DNA from: Hemiscyllium ocellatum
Taxonomy: Eukaryota
Direction: 5' to 3'
Assembly (NCBI RefSeq): GCF_020745735.1
Contig: NC_083412.1
Location: 17,912,235 to 17,976,234 of the forward strand
DNA length: 64,000 nt
Under the pieces are notes generated by a model, which saw nothing but the letters and a program-made list of their open reading frames with translations, searched no databases and had not been told where the DNA came from. Position 1 is the stretch's first letter. Each line of letters begins with the position of its first letter. Shown here one piece after another: positions 1-12,302 of this stretch. Position numbers and translations under genes: made by a program.

Positions 1-420
1 TCTATGTCCTGTACGCTGAGATTATTGCACACTAGATTCACACAGCCGAATGAGTGAGCTCTGACTCCACAACAGGGGGAGTGTCTGAAGTGAAGGTTGA
101 TAGCTCTATGCCAGAATTTCACACCTTGTAATGTTATATAATTGTCTTAAAGTTGCAGATCTGTCTAGGATCCATGGCATAGCATAGCATGCCTTGAGGG
201 GTAGCACATAAATTTTATATAGCCATCTGAAAATCGTAGCAAGTAAATGATCATGGATTACATGAACACTACAATATGTGAGACCTTTCAACTAAAGGTA
301 GTTAGGATAAATACCTCATTGTAAATGGGGAATTTATGTTAACTACCCCACTGTTAAAATATCCACATTAAATACCATGTTCCTTGCACATATGCTGGTA
401 GTGTTCACAAATGTACTGTA

Positions 421-710
421 GGGAGAAAGTGAGGTCTGCAGATGCTGGAGATCAGAGCTGAAAATGTGTTGCTGGAAGAGCGCAGCAGGTCAGGCAGCAT
501 CCAAGGAACAGGAGATTCAACGTTTTGGGCATAAGTCCTTCTTCAGGAATGATTCCTGAACTTGACACACTGTCAAGTTACTGTTTCATAAGAGCTTCAG
601 TCAATGTCTCTTTTTCATTCCTGAAGAAGGGCTTATGCCCGAAACGTCGAATCGCCTGTTCTTTGGATGCTGCCTGACCTGCTGCGCTTTTCCAGCAACA
701 CATTTTCAGC
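421..710. mobile_element. Penelope-like (PLE) terminal-repeat insertion, family A, inverted pair
   Basis: Arm 421-550 is the reverse complement of arm 617-710. Flanking direct repeat cacaaatgtactgtagg (406-422) / cacaagtgtactgtggg (710-726). Both arms carry a hammerhead motif. Confidence 0.8.
617..652 (+). ncRNA. Minimal type-I hammerhead ribozyme motif (family A)
   Basis: AUUC CUGAAGA A GGGC UUAU GCCC GAA ACGU C GAAU. Core at 621-627, stem II GGGC/GCCC, GAAAC 641-645, GUC 646-648, stem I AUUC/GAAU fully paired. Confidence 0.8.
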
Positions 711-1458
711 ACAAGTGTACTGTGGGCTTATATCAGACACAATTGATTCAAGGACACCGGATATACTAAATAAGACATTCAATGTGTTGTTGGGAGCACA
801 TTACATATATATAAAGAATATTTGTCAAAAACTGGAAAATTTTAATTTCTGAGGACATTCTCTGAATCAAGTGGAGTTGTACAACATGGTTTCTCGGAGG
901 TGAACTCCCAGCTTAATTCATGCTGAAAGCCTGCTGCCTTTCTGGGAGTGAAGTGACTTTGGAGGAGTAGATAAATATAGCTTTCAAGAAACTACAGAAT
1001 GAGGTTTATTGTTGTAATTAGAGGAGGGATAAACTAGCTTTGAGAGCATGACGGGCCGATGTTAATTGGTGCCTAGCAGTGCACTCTACTCTCAGAATTC
1101 TGTTCAAGAACTTGGAAATAAGACACACTAGGATGCTCCAGCATCTCTCCTGAAACCCTGTTCCTTAGAAGATGTTCCTCGAAACTTGGACAGACTTTCC
1201 AAATATTCATATTTCTGTCTACCTAAAACAATCTGAAACTATGGACTACGGTCAATTCTCAACCACTCAAATCCAAGTTTTACAGAATTAGAATGGACAC
1301 ACTGTCAGGTTACTGTTTCATAACAGCTTCGGTCAATGTCTCTTTTTCATTCAGAAACCCATCATCTCTGCAGAGATGTTTGTTGAGTGTGCGTGTGACT
1401 TTAAGGGGGCATAATTTTAATTCTGGGTTATAGATTAGGTGCTAGCCGGAATTTGTCA

Positions 1459-2915
1459 CAACAACAGAAATTGCTAGAGAAACTTAGCAGGTGTGGCAGT
1501 ATCTGTGGAGAGAAAGCAGCGTCAACCATCCCAGTCCAATGATGCTCTTTAAGGACTGACAGTAGCCGGCAAAAGATGGTACAGAGGCTGAAAACAGGGG
1601 TGGGAGGGGCAGAAGCCAGGGATAGGGGGATATGGAGGCCAGAGGGAGGGAAATATAGCTGGACAGACAGAGGGAAGGATAAGCCAGAGAGAAAGGAAGC
1701 TGATGTTGGGGACCATAAGGAGGAGAAAATGGGTTTGCTATACTAAACACAGTCCATGCCTTGAGAAGGATTGGCATGTGAAGGTGGTTAAAGGACACGG
1801 AAGAAGGTGTTTAGGTTCTAAAATTATCGAACTTGAGACTGAGTCCTGAAGACTGTAGGGTCCCCAAGTGTAAAATGAAGACACTGTTCTTCCAGCTTGC
1901 ACTGAACTTCGCTGGAGCACTGCAGCAAACCCGAGACAGAGATGTTGGCCAGGGAACACAGGGTGGGGATGTTGAAGTGACAGGCAACAGGAAGCTGCAG
2001 ACAGACCATCGGCGTTGTGCAAAATGGTCGCCTAGTTTGCGCTTCATCTCCCTAGTGTAGCCACATTGTGAGCGGCCAATGCAGTAAACCGGGTTGAGTG
2101 GCGTGCAGGTATATCCCTGCTTCACCTTGGGCAGTGTGTTTGGGGCTTTGGATAGCCAGCAGGGAGGAAGCAAAGGATTGCAGAGGAAGGTGCCGTGAAT
2201 GTGTGGGCAGTGTTGGGCATGAAGGAGGAGTGAACCAGGGTGTCCCGGAGGGAATGGTCACTGACGGGAGAGGGGAGGGGAATATGTGTCTGTTGGTGAT
2301 ATCTCAGTGGAGGCGGTGGAAATGGCAGCTGATGATCATTTGCTGGGGAAGCTGATGGGGTGGTAGGTGAGGACCGGGGGGATCCTATCGCTGCTGTGGG
2401 AGGGAAGAGGGTGAGGGCAGAACTCTGGGAAATGGATGGGACATGGTTGAGGGTGGTGAGGAATCCTCAGTTAAAGTAAAGCTGGATATTTCAGTTTCCC
2501 CAGTGGAAGCTGGTATCATCAGAACAGATACTACAGGGACGGAGACCGTGGAAGAATGGGATGGAGTCTGTACAGGAAGCAGGGCGTGAGGATGTATAGT
2601 CAAGGTAACTCTGGGAGGCAATGGGTTTATACTGGAGATTGGTGGCCGGCCTATCCCCAGAAATGGAACTGGAGATGTCGAGGAAGGAAAGGGAGGAGTC
2701 AGAGATGGATCAGATGGAAATGAGGGCAGGGTGGGAAATTGGAAGTAAAACTGATAAACTTTTCCAATTCCGGGCAAGGGAGGGAAGTAGCACCATTGAT
2801 CTGACTGAGATACTGGAGAGTTGAGAGTGAGTACATGAGGTAGGATTGGAATGTTCCATGTACCACACAAAAAGACAGACATAACTTAGGCCCGAGTGGG
2901 TACCTAGCCACCCCT
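1459..2915 (-). mobile_element. Decayed Penelope-like retroelement (RT + GIY-YIG remnants, 3' terminal repeat)
   Basis: Minus-strand peptides GLSYVCLFVWYME (PLE RT motif GPSYACLFVGYVE) and YTCTPLNPVYCIGRSQCG..EMKRKLGDHF (GIY-YIG with Cys motif). Frameshifted. Family-C terminal repeat near 1459-1560. Confidence 0.8.
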
Positions 2916-3068
2916 CTTTCAGCACATCCAACTCATTTTCACCTAATCATTGTCCCTTTATCAGCCTTTCTTTCTTCCTGGCTTACCATTATCTATACCT
3001 TTCAACAGCCCTGTTTTTAACAATATATCACATTTTCATACCTACCGTTAGTTCTGAACCATTACATT

Positions 3069-3975
3069 CTTTTTTGTTTCAAAAATATACTTTATTCATA
3101 AAATAAATTGATAGTCTGTACAGTTGGTCATGCCATACATACGTAAACATTTGCATACAGAGATCAGAATTTATCATTTGCATATACAGGTCTGTAGGTT
3201 TATCAATCCTACATCCATATAATTAGATGAGGCGTCAGCAGAGCCCAAATGACTGCATGGGCCCCCTGTTCTTCTTTAGACAGGCAGATGTTAAACGGTG
3301 GTCTTTCCCCACCGCGCCTTGGCGGCAGCTGCCCCAAGCTTCAGCGCGTCCCTCAACACGTAATCCTGTACCTTGGAATGTGCCAGTCTGCGACACTCAG
3401 TCGGGGTCAACTCCTTCAGCTGGAAGACCAACAGGTTTCGGACCGCCCAGAGAGCATCCTTCACCGAGCTGATGATCCTCCAGGCGCAGTTGATGTTCGT
3501 CTCGGTGTGCGTCCCGGGGAACAGGCCGTAGAGCACGGAGTCCCGCGTCACGGCGCTGCTCAGGACGAAACTCGACAAACACCACTGCATTCCTCTCCAG
3601 ACCTCCTCTGCATAGGCACATTCCAGAAGGAGGTGTGTGACAGTCTCGTCCCCCCCGCAGCCGCTTCAAGGGTGCGGTGTGGCTGAGAGTCCGGGCGTGC
3701 ATAAAGGATCTCACAGGCAGAGCCCCTCTCACCACCAGCCAAGCCATGTCTTGGTGCTTGTTGGAAAGTTCTGGCAATGAGGCATTCTGCCAAATGGTTT
3801 TGACAGTCTCCTCAGGGAACCGCTCAATAGGATCTGCCCTCTCCTTTTCCCAAAGGGTCTCAAGGACACTACATGCTGATCACTTCCTGATGAATTTGTG
3901 GTCAAAGATGTTTTTCTTTATAAACTTCTCCACAAAGGGCAGGTGATACAAAACAGTCCAACTACTCAGAGCATT
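3069..3975 (-). mobile_element. 3' fragment of an L1/Tx1-like non-LTR retrotransposon (ORF2 C-terminus)
   Basis: Minus-strand LSNKHQDMAWLVVRGALPVR, then a frameshifted Cys/His zinc-binding segment, then KDALWAVRN...AAKARWGKTTV-stop. Followed by a 3' UTR, AATAAA and a short A-rich tail near 3070-3096. Confidence 0.75.
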
Positions 3976-4522
3976 AATACCCTCAACCTTACACTTACAT
4001 CCTAACCTCTGTTTTTACTGAGGTTACTGCGCATTAGACACACACAGCTCTATCTATTACACGTAGAGTGACTAGAGCCGAAGCGGGCATCTTTACACCA
4101 GAACGTGATGCAATGCAATTGTCTGCAAGGTACGGCTACCTTCTGCCCAGTGACCTCAGTAAGCACAGAGTCCAGAATGTGTGTGTAAGGCTGTGGTACT
4201 GTAGCCATGTAAATGGTTAGTGTTAATAAACTTCATGAGACCTGTCTCAGCAAGAACCTGACTCTTTGTGGTATGTGCTACATGGACTAACATCTAGAAA
4301 TCTGCTCAAAGCAGAGTCAGGGTCCAACCTTAGTGTCCATCTGTCTTTGTGTATTTGTCTGTGAAGCAGGGAGTGGAAGAGGATTTAAAAGGGGTAGAGT
4401 TTAAGATACAGAGAATTATAAGTTAGCAATTTATATATTCCAAATGCCGGTGGTTAAAGATGACTTCTTGTTCATAAACAGTCACTTTGTTTTCTTAAGT
4501 ACAGGAACTTTATGAGTGCTTT

Positions 4523-5060
4523 CATAGAGTCATACAGCATGGAAATAGACCCCTCAGTCCAATCAGTCCATGCCAAACATAATCCCAAACTGAACTTGAC
4601 CCGTCTGACTGTTCCTGACCCATGGTCCCTCCAAACATTTCCTATTCATGTACTTTTTGAAGTGTCTTTTAAACATAGTAACTCTACCCACAACCGCCAC
4701 TCCCTCAGGAAGCTCATTCCACACACAAACCACCCTCTGTGTAAAACATTTGCTCCTCATGCCTTTTTCAAATCTTTCTCCTCTCACCTTAAAAATATAC
4801 CAACTAATCTTGAAATCCCCCATCCTAGGGAAAAGGCACTTACCATCAACCCTATCTATATCCCTCATGCTTTTATAAACCTCTACAAGGTCGCCTCTCA
4901 GCCTCTTGCACTCCAATGAGAAAAGTCCCAGCTTATCTTTATAATTCAAACTTTCTATACCTGGCAACATTCTGGTAAGTCTCTTCTGAACCCTCTGCAG
5001 CTTAATAATATCCTTCCTATAACGGGGGTCCAAAACTAGATGTGGTACTCACCAACGTCC
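4523..5060 (-). mobile_element. CR1-clade (HER1-like) LINE 3' fragment
   Basis: ORF 4563-5033 RKDIIKLQRVQKRLTRMLPG...GLFSLECKRLRGDLVEVYK...VWNELP is the CR1 ORF2 C-terminus. Confidence 0.9.
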
Positions 5061-5094
5061 TCTAAAATATCAATATGAGATCATCAGTCAAGTC

Positions 5095-5522
5095 AAGATT
5101 AGATTCCCCACAGTGTGGGAACAGGCCCTTTGGCCCAACCAGTCCCCACCGACCCTCCGAAGAGTAACCCATCCAGACCCATTCCCCTCTGACTAATGCA
5201 CCTGACACTATGGGCCATTTAGGCGAAAGTGGGTACTGCAGATGCTGGAGATCAGAGTCTAGATTACAGTGGTGCTGGAAAAGCACAGCATCCGAGGAGC
5301 AGGAAAATCAATGTTTCGGGCATTCATCAGGACAATTCATCGTGGGCAATTTAGCATGGCCAATCCAGCCGACCTGCACATCTCTGGACTGTGGGAGGAA
5401 ACCAGAGCACCCGGAGGAAACCCACACAGACATGGGGGAGAATGTGCAAACTCCACACAGACAGTCACCTGAGGCTGGACTCAAACCCGGATACCTGGCA
5501 CTGTGAGACTGCAGTGCTGGTG
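5095..5522 (-). mobile_element. HE1-type tRNA-derived V-SINE, interrupted by a PLE family A fragment (5223-5342)
   Basis: Matches the SINE at 13715-14033 in reverse. The insert is flanked by tgggc(c/a)atttag at 5211-5222 and 5343-5354. Confidence 0.85.
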
Positions 5523-6317
5523 ACTTTGGATAGTTTGACAAAGTCCTTTCAGATTTATGATGACTTTGGGAATAGTGGGGCTTGGTTTCCAGTGCACTAC
5601 CCCAGCAAGTTGTGAAACTATATACCCACTAGTCTAACCTGGATCCACACAGGCGTCTTCCTACCTATATTCTTCAACCCCCATCAAAATATCCTCCCTG
5701 ATTTTATTTGCCAGCTACACAAACTGAGCAACTCATTAGAATAATTTTTAACACTATCATCAAAAACTGTTGCCTTGTATTCATCATGTTGAAAATACCA
5801 TCCAATTAAATTGCCTTGAAGTCAATAGATTTTATTAATTTCCCTTTAATTGAATGAATCGAAAGCAAAGGAAAGCAACTTGTAAAGCTTCATTCGGTTT
5901 GCAAAGCAGGAATGTTTGGTGCTAGTAATTATTATTTGATTGTCATATTGTCCCTGAAAAATGTAATAAAGCACTTCTTCTTCTGCAGACTTCTGTTCTG
6001 CAGCAGTAAACCTCAAGGCAAAAGATATCTGAATAACCTTTAATAATCACAGACAGTGAAATGTTTATACAAAGGATGCTGGGATTAAGCTGCTATGGGT
6101 GGGGGATATACTGGCCATAAATGAGTGAAGGAGAATAGTTCAATCCACTCTCAAGCAGGGCATCCTCATCAAACAACCACTCACTTTGAAAGAGTAATTT
6201 GGCTCCCATTTAATTCCAAAATTAGTTGTTATTATTCTGCCCTTAACTACAAATCCTCACCCATCTGATCTGTTTATTTTAACTTGAACACGACTTCCAG
6301 GCCCACACATCCGTTCT

Positions 6318-6620
6318 GGAGGTGTCATCTTATGGATGTGTCGTGAAACTGAGGCCCTCTCAGGTGCGGACATGTGTCTTTCTCTCAAAGAAGAATTGTG
6401 ACGTTTTTCCTCAGTATCCTAGCCAATATTTATCCCTTCAATCCAAATCATTAAAGACAGATTTCCTGGTCATCGGGGTATTGTTGTTTGTTGGATCATG
6501 GGTGCGTGCAAATTGCCTGCCATGTTTCCCACAATGCAACACCTCAAAGGCATCGTGTTGACTGTGAAGTGTTTCGCGACAGCCTGAAATTGTGAATGGT
6601 GCCACTTAAATGCAACTTTT
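6318..6620 (+). mobile_element. Old Deu-domain SINE (SacSINE1/AmnSINE1-like), degenerate
   Basis: ggaggtgtcatc..ggatg..aaactgaggcc..ctctcaggtg..ctagccaatatttatcc..tgcaaattgcctgcc..tgtgaagtgtttcgcgac..taaatgcaa resembles the DeuSINE body and tail as recalled. A related 3' part lies near 52975-53135. Confidence 0.6.
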
Positions 6621-7096
6621 TTCCTTTGCTTTCCTTTTTCCTTTGGCTGCCTTAGCATTTACCGAACACTACAGCTTTGCAATAATTAGCAACATTTGAC
6701 AACGTGCCCACATGCTAGGTTTTTTATGTTGGTGCTACTTTGCTGAACCTGTGGAAATGTTGGCTACATTTGGATTGTTTTAGCAATAAATAGAAAACAA
6801 GTTTCAGAGCATCAATTCAATATTTGGGGAATATTCTTGTTTCACTCATACAACAATTGTGAAAAAATATTAACTCGTGCTGAACAGCCTGATAACTTAA
6901 AGCTGGGGACTGCTGCTACATATGCAGTTCCGAATGCTTGCCGAAAGACGTAATTCATAATTAATTAAAATTGTCACAATGTGGGATAGACTTTACCTTT
7001 AAAACAATAGAGAAGGTATACTTTTTTGACGGAATAAGATATTCCCAAATGATCCAGAAGAATTATCTGCAGGAATTGATTGCTAATAGGTTCCAA

Positions 7097-7487
7097 GTCG
7101 AGAGTGTGGTGCTGGAAAAGCACAGCAGGTCAGGCAGCATCCAAGGAGCAGACCTCCCTTTCTCCTAGTTGGTTATAACCTGACTGCGAAGCTTCTTCTA
7201 AGGATGCCTACCTTGAAGAACTTCTCCTCCTCTCTCTACAAAGATCTCAGTGAGTCCCTCTCTCACTGTACTCCCCAAGCTCTGCCCTGAAGCTCTTCAA
7301 CCATGTCCGCATGCAGACTCATGACCACGGCCATGTCTCCTTCCTCAGAGAAAAAAGATACCTGATGAAGGGCTCCGAATTGAAACGTCGATATTTCTGC
7401 TTCTCGGATGCTGCCTGACCTGCTGTGCTTTTCCAGCAACACTCTCTCGACTCTGATCTCCAGCATCTGCAGTGCTCACTTCCTCCT
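7097..7487. mobile_element. PLE family A composite (inverted terminal pieces plus start of PLE ORF)
   Basis: Reverse arm 7097-7150. Internal ATG at 7204 gives MPTLKNFSSSLYKDLSESLSHC, homologous to the frame at 28592. Forward arm from 7361 has a damaged hammerhead stem II. Confidence 0.7.
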
Positions 7488-8169
7488 TATTAAGTTTAGG
7501 CAGTCCACACATGGCTACCATAAAAAAAGTCACAGTTTAAGATTATGGTCATATTTGGAGGCGTATTAATAATCATCATGATGGAATGAAAGTCGAGCCG
7601 TTAGTACGGGCTGCTCATTGGAATCTGCACTACAGCCTGGAATGAATGCGAGCAATCAATTGTACTCACATTTCCTTTGACTGTGAATGGTTCTGCAATT
7701 TGTGCCCAGTCCAAACTGGTTATAAATTAATTTGCGTGGTTTACATGGGATAATTAAATTTACTCTGCTTCTGGTGGTAAGATGTTGTGTCATTATAATC
7801 AGAGTGGGCCACGTTGAATCCCCAGCATTTGACACTGAATTTCATTAATAATGAAGGATATGTCCATTACATGCCTGTTGTGCTCAGCTTGTCTTGTAGC
7901 TGACCTTCATTTTGATGGCAAACTCCAATCAGAATCAAGGCCACTGCAGTGACTGCTGCTTACAGCATGCTGCAATGCTGTGGACTGTGACTGAATTTAG
8001 GAGGCTTTGCAAAAAAAAGGCAACTTTATCAGAACTGGATTTCGTTTCTCTCAGTTACACAGTAGCGTTCTGGATGACGACAACTCTCCCATAGGCTACA
8101 TAACGGTCAGTGTATCAGTGCTGCATTTTAGTTTGTTTTTTTCTGCCTATATGAACTTATAAATGATTG

Positions 8170-8670
8170 AATCATAGAATCCCTGCAGTGCAGTTGAAGG
8201 CCATTCAGCCCATTGAGTCTGCACTGAGTCTCTGAAAAGCATCCCACCAAGACCCATCTCCACACCCTATCCCCCATCCCCTGCATTTACAAAGGTCAAT
8301 CCACCGAGCCACCCACATCATGGACACTACAGGCAATTTAGTACGGCCAATAAATCTAACCTGCACATCCCTGGACTCTACGGACAATTTAGCATGACCA
8401 ATCTACCTCACCTGCACATTCCTGCACATTCCTGCACACTGGACAATTTAGCGTGGCCAGTCCACATAACCTGCACATCCCTGCACATTAGAGACAATTT
8501 AGCATGGCCAATCCAACTAACCTGCATATCCCAGAACACTATGGGCAATGTAGCATGGCCAATAAATCTAACCTGTACATCCCTGCACACTACGACAATT
8601 TATTGTGGCCAACCCACCGAATCTGTGCATCTTTACACTGTGGGAGCAAGTCAGAGTACCTGATGGAAAT
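8170..8670 (-). mobile_element. HE1-type SINE with an internal ~50-bp unit amplified about 6 times
   Basis: Repeated caatttagcatggccaat..taacctgcacatccctg units across 8328-8640, flanked by SINE tail and body. Confidence 0.75.
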
Positions 8671-8751
8671 CCACTCTTCATTATCATACATACTCGTCTC
8701 ATACAGACATAGGATTTGGGAGTAAGGAATAGGCCAATCATCTCATTGAAT

Positions 8752-8907
8752 CGAGAGTGTCTGGTGCTGGAAAAGCACAGCCTGATGAAAGGCTCCTGCC
8801 TGAAATGTCAATTCTCCTGCTCCTCAGGTGCTGCCTGACCTGTTGTGTTTTTCCAGCGCTGCACACTCTCGACTCTGATCTTCAGCATCTGCCGACCTCA
8901 CCTACTC
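8752..8907. mobile_element. PLE family A short inverted insertion
   Basis: Short reverse arm joined directly to cctgatgaaaggc. TSD-like ccaatcatc(t/c)c(a/t)ttgaat at 8734-8751 and 8908-8925. Confidence 0.7.
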
Positions 8908-9589
8908 CCAATCATCCCTTTGAATATACTGTGCTATTCAATAACACTGCAGCTGATCGGTTTATGGTCTCATTAGCATTCAGTTTGTGCAGGGCTTTGC
9001 ACCAGCCCTTGGAGCATGATCTGAGCAACGTGGACAGATGGGGAACTTCATCATCGCTCCGACAGCGCCCAGCGTGATAGGGTGGTGCAGCTTTCCGACA
9101 GCTGCCCAATGTCTCAGTGCTGCAGCTCCCCCTCAGACTCCTGGCTTGCTACAGAAAAAAGGCTTGATCCTCCAACATAGCTCTGCATGCTGCTTCTGAA
9201 AGGGGCTTTGAAGACTTCCCAACAGGTCCTGCAGTCGGTTCTCCAGCAGCTCTTGGTTCCCTAAAAACCCTCTGAGGATGTGGCCCCCTGTTGTGAAATC
9301 TCCCCTTTACTTGTCCTCTCTGTTCAGTAACTGCTGTGCTCTTCCAGCACCACTAATCCTTAGGAATTCCGTTCATTCTCAATGTTCAATAGTCCAATGT
9401 GCCTACACGGGCCACTCACATCTGGAACCAACCACACCGTACATAAAAGAGGCTTCCTAGTTCCATTTAATAGGTAATATTGAGTCTAATCTCACCCCTG
9501 TTGTATCCGTCAATTTATATGACACATTGTCCCTATTAAAGGAACCGACAGCAAGCTCCATAAAGGCAGGACTCGATGTCAATAGCTGC

Positions 9590-10260
9590 CTCACTATTCA
9601 CTAATACAGAGGGAAAATCTCCATGCTCACCTGGTCAGGCCGACATGGGACTCCAGACTCACTGCAATGTGATGGACCCTTCAAGTACCTCTGAAATGGC
9701 CATGCAAGCCACTGAGTTGTACGAAACTATTACAGAGTCTGATGGAAAGAAAGGAATTGGGTGGAACACCTAGAATCGACTTCCACCCGACGAACACCAA
9801 CAGTGAACACAGCCCTGTCGGCTCTGTAAAGGAAATACTTTGAACTAACGGCTGGGGCCTGGTGTCACAACTGGGAGAGCTGTCTCAAGCAACGACCCAA
9901 CACACTCATGCTCCCAGAGTCATAGCTTACAGACTATGTCCCAGACACCGCCATCACCATCCCTGGATATGTCCTGCCCCTCCTGCAGAACCAACCCAGC
10001 AGCGGAGGCAGTACGTTGGGTATACAGTCGGGAGAGAATTGTCCTGTGAGTTCGCAACAATGACCCCAGACCCTGTGAAGACTCACGGCTTCAAGCTAAA
10101 CATGGGCAAGGAAAGCTCCTGCTGATTACCACGTACCGTCCTCCCTCAGCTGATGATTCAGTACTCCTCCATGTCGAACAACACTTGGAGGAAGCACTAA
10201 GGGAGGGATGTACTAAGGGTGGGGGATTTCCTATGCCAGTTGAAGTGGCTGGAAATACAC
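9590..10260 (+). mobile_element. 5' part of an APE-type LINE (5' UTR + endonuclease remnant)
   Basis: Peptide remnants LGELS, TITIPGY, YRPPSADDS, VGDF. Homologous to 27240-27760 and 40840-41420. Confidence 0.7.
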
Positions 10261-10344
10261 CGATAACAAAAATGTTTTGAACATTGGTCTGAGGAGTAAG
10301 TGCGCTTCCAATTTGCTTTGGGGGCAATGTTGGCAACATTTAAT

Positions 10345-10497
10345 ACCCATCTTTATTGAAACCTGCCACCCTTTCACGGTCTGTGCTACACGTGACTCCA
10401 GACCCATTATGGTTGATTCCGAACAGCCCTCTGGACAGTTAGGGATGGGCAATAAATGCTGACCTAGCCAGCAATGCACACATCCCATGAACAAATA
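10345..10497 (+). mobile_element. 3' half of an unnamed tRNA-derived SINE
   Basis: cacgtgactccagaccc..ccctctggacagttagggatgggcaataaatgctg..catcccatgaa is the reverse complement of copies at 32425, 39190 and 40425. Confidence 0.65.
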
Positions 10498-10669
10498 GGG
10501 ATAGGTGACCGATGAATATTTATCACAGTGGATATGAATAGGAAAGGATAAGAGGGATTTGGGCCAAATGCTGGATCAGTTTGGGTATCTGGCCAGCATG
10601 GACGAGTAGGACTGAAGGGTCTGTTTCTGTGCTGTGTAACTTCATGAATCAAAGACTCTATGACTCATG

Positions 10670-11330
10670 GATTTTCACCGCTGTTGAGGAGGGACTTTGA
10701 GGTTTCAGGGAGTGAGTTACTCATCACAACGTACTCTGCCTTTCTCCTGCTCTTGAAGCCAGAGGGTTGGCATTGTTGACACATTTTTAGTTTCGGTTCA
10801 TTATAACACCCATCCAATATGCTAATGGAGGTCTGCACAATGACATGCTGCTGAAGGTAAAGTGAACAGGCTCAGAGAGTTTGGACACTGTAATGATGCA
10901 AATGTTACCTGTCACTTGTCAGACAGAGCCTTATTCAGCTTCTGCTGTCAGCTCGCACAGCGTTTCATCAGCAGGGGATTTGTGAATGGACTGAACTGTA
11001 TGGAATCGCCATCTTTCAACACCAACCCTGACCTTATGACAGCAAAAAAGGTTTGTGATGGAGCACTGAACAAGGTTTGGTCACAGACTCTTCACTGAGG
11101 AATGCTAGATTGATGTCCTTTCACTGTAACAATTGGCTTCTGACAGCTAAAACCATCCTTCTTCATGTCAGATCTGATGCCTCTCAATGGATGGTTTCCT
11201 CCTGTGAAGCCCATTCATTCCCAATTTCTTTTCTTCTCGATTTCTTTGTGCCTCACTCCATCAAATATTGTCTCCACTTGGAGGTTACTGACCCCGGACA
11301 GTCCCCCACCTTCAGCCTTGCCAGTCGTTT
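10670..11330 (-). mobile_element. Degenerate LINE RT fragment (probably the same family as 9590-10260)
   Basis: Diverged nucleotide-level resemblance to LINE RT regions, read by eye. No intact ORF. Confidence 0.5.
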
Positions 11331-11714
11331 CACTCCCATATCTAGGATTGGAGGCTCCGGGTTTGACAGTTCTGAGAGATTTTTAAGATCAGGTTCTGAT
11401 GACTTTCGTTGCTAAGTTCCCAAAGTCCTATCTGGTGGGAAATCAGAAAAAGTGATTCCATTCTGAATTTTGAAAAGAAAACCTATTTGCTAAAATCTGA
11501 TACACTGTGCACGATGCATACAATTCAGATGCCAATGGGATTTGATGTCTGTAAATTGTTTAATCTCATTGCAACTCAAAGCTTGTACACTTTCAACAGC
11601 AAGGTCGACATAATGGACTGGAGGGTGAGTCACAAACAGATAACACAATCAAATGTGTTTTGAATTGTTGAGCAACTCAACTTTCTACATCATTTGAGCT
11701 TAGGAGCAAAAAAA

Positions 11715-12302
11715 CACAGAGCCCTGACAGTGTGGAATTCGGCCCTTCGAGTCCACACTGACTCATTGAAGAGCATCTCACCCAGACCAACAACTACACC
11801 CATCACTACAATGTTGCAATTCCCACGGCTCATCCACCTAACCTACACATCCATAGATGCTGTGGACAATTTAGAATGGCCGATCCACCAATGCACATCT
11901 TTGGACTGCGGGAGGAAACCAGAGCACCTGGCGGAAACTCACGCAGACCCAGGGCGAAAGTGCAAACTCCACACAGAGAGTTAAGGCTGAAATTAGATTA
12001 GATTAGATTCCCTACAGTGTGGAAACTGGTCCTTCGGCCCAACCAGTCCACACCGACCCTCCGAAGAGTAACCCACCCAGACCCATTTCCCTCTGACTAA
12101 AGCACCTCACACTATGGGCAATTTAGCATGGCCAACTCACCTAACTTGCACATCCTTGGACTGTGGGAGAAACCGGAGCACCCGGAGGAAACCCATGCAG
12201 ACACAGGGAGAATTTGCAAATTCCACACAGTCGCCCGAGGCTGGAATCAAACCAGTGTCTATAGCGCTGTGAGGCAGCAGTGCTAACCATTGAGCCACTG
12301 TG
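11715..12302 (-). mobile_element. Two adjacent HE1-type SINEs
   Basis: Two successive copies, about 11715-11990 and 11992-12302. The second runs from an (attag)n tail to the tRNA head. Confidence 0.85.

Noticed and set aside
667-852. Recurrent small ORFs beginning MLPDLL / MLEKHSRSGS / WCWKSTAGQAA
   Set aside because: Translations of the PLE terminal repeat in various frames, not a peptide family.
4563-5033. 156-aa ORF (and similar ones at 30443, 34125, 37997) as host genes
   Set aside because: Fragments of the CR1 ORF2 C-terminus.
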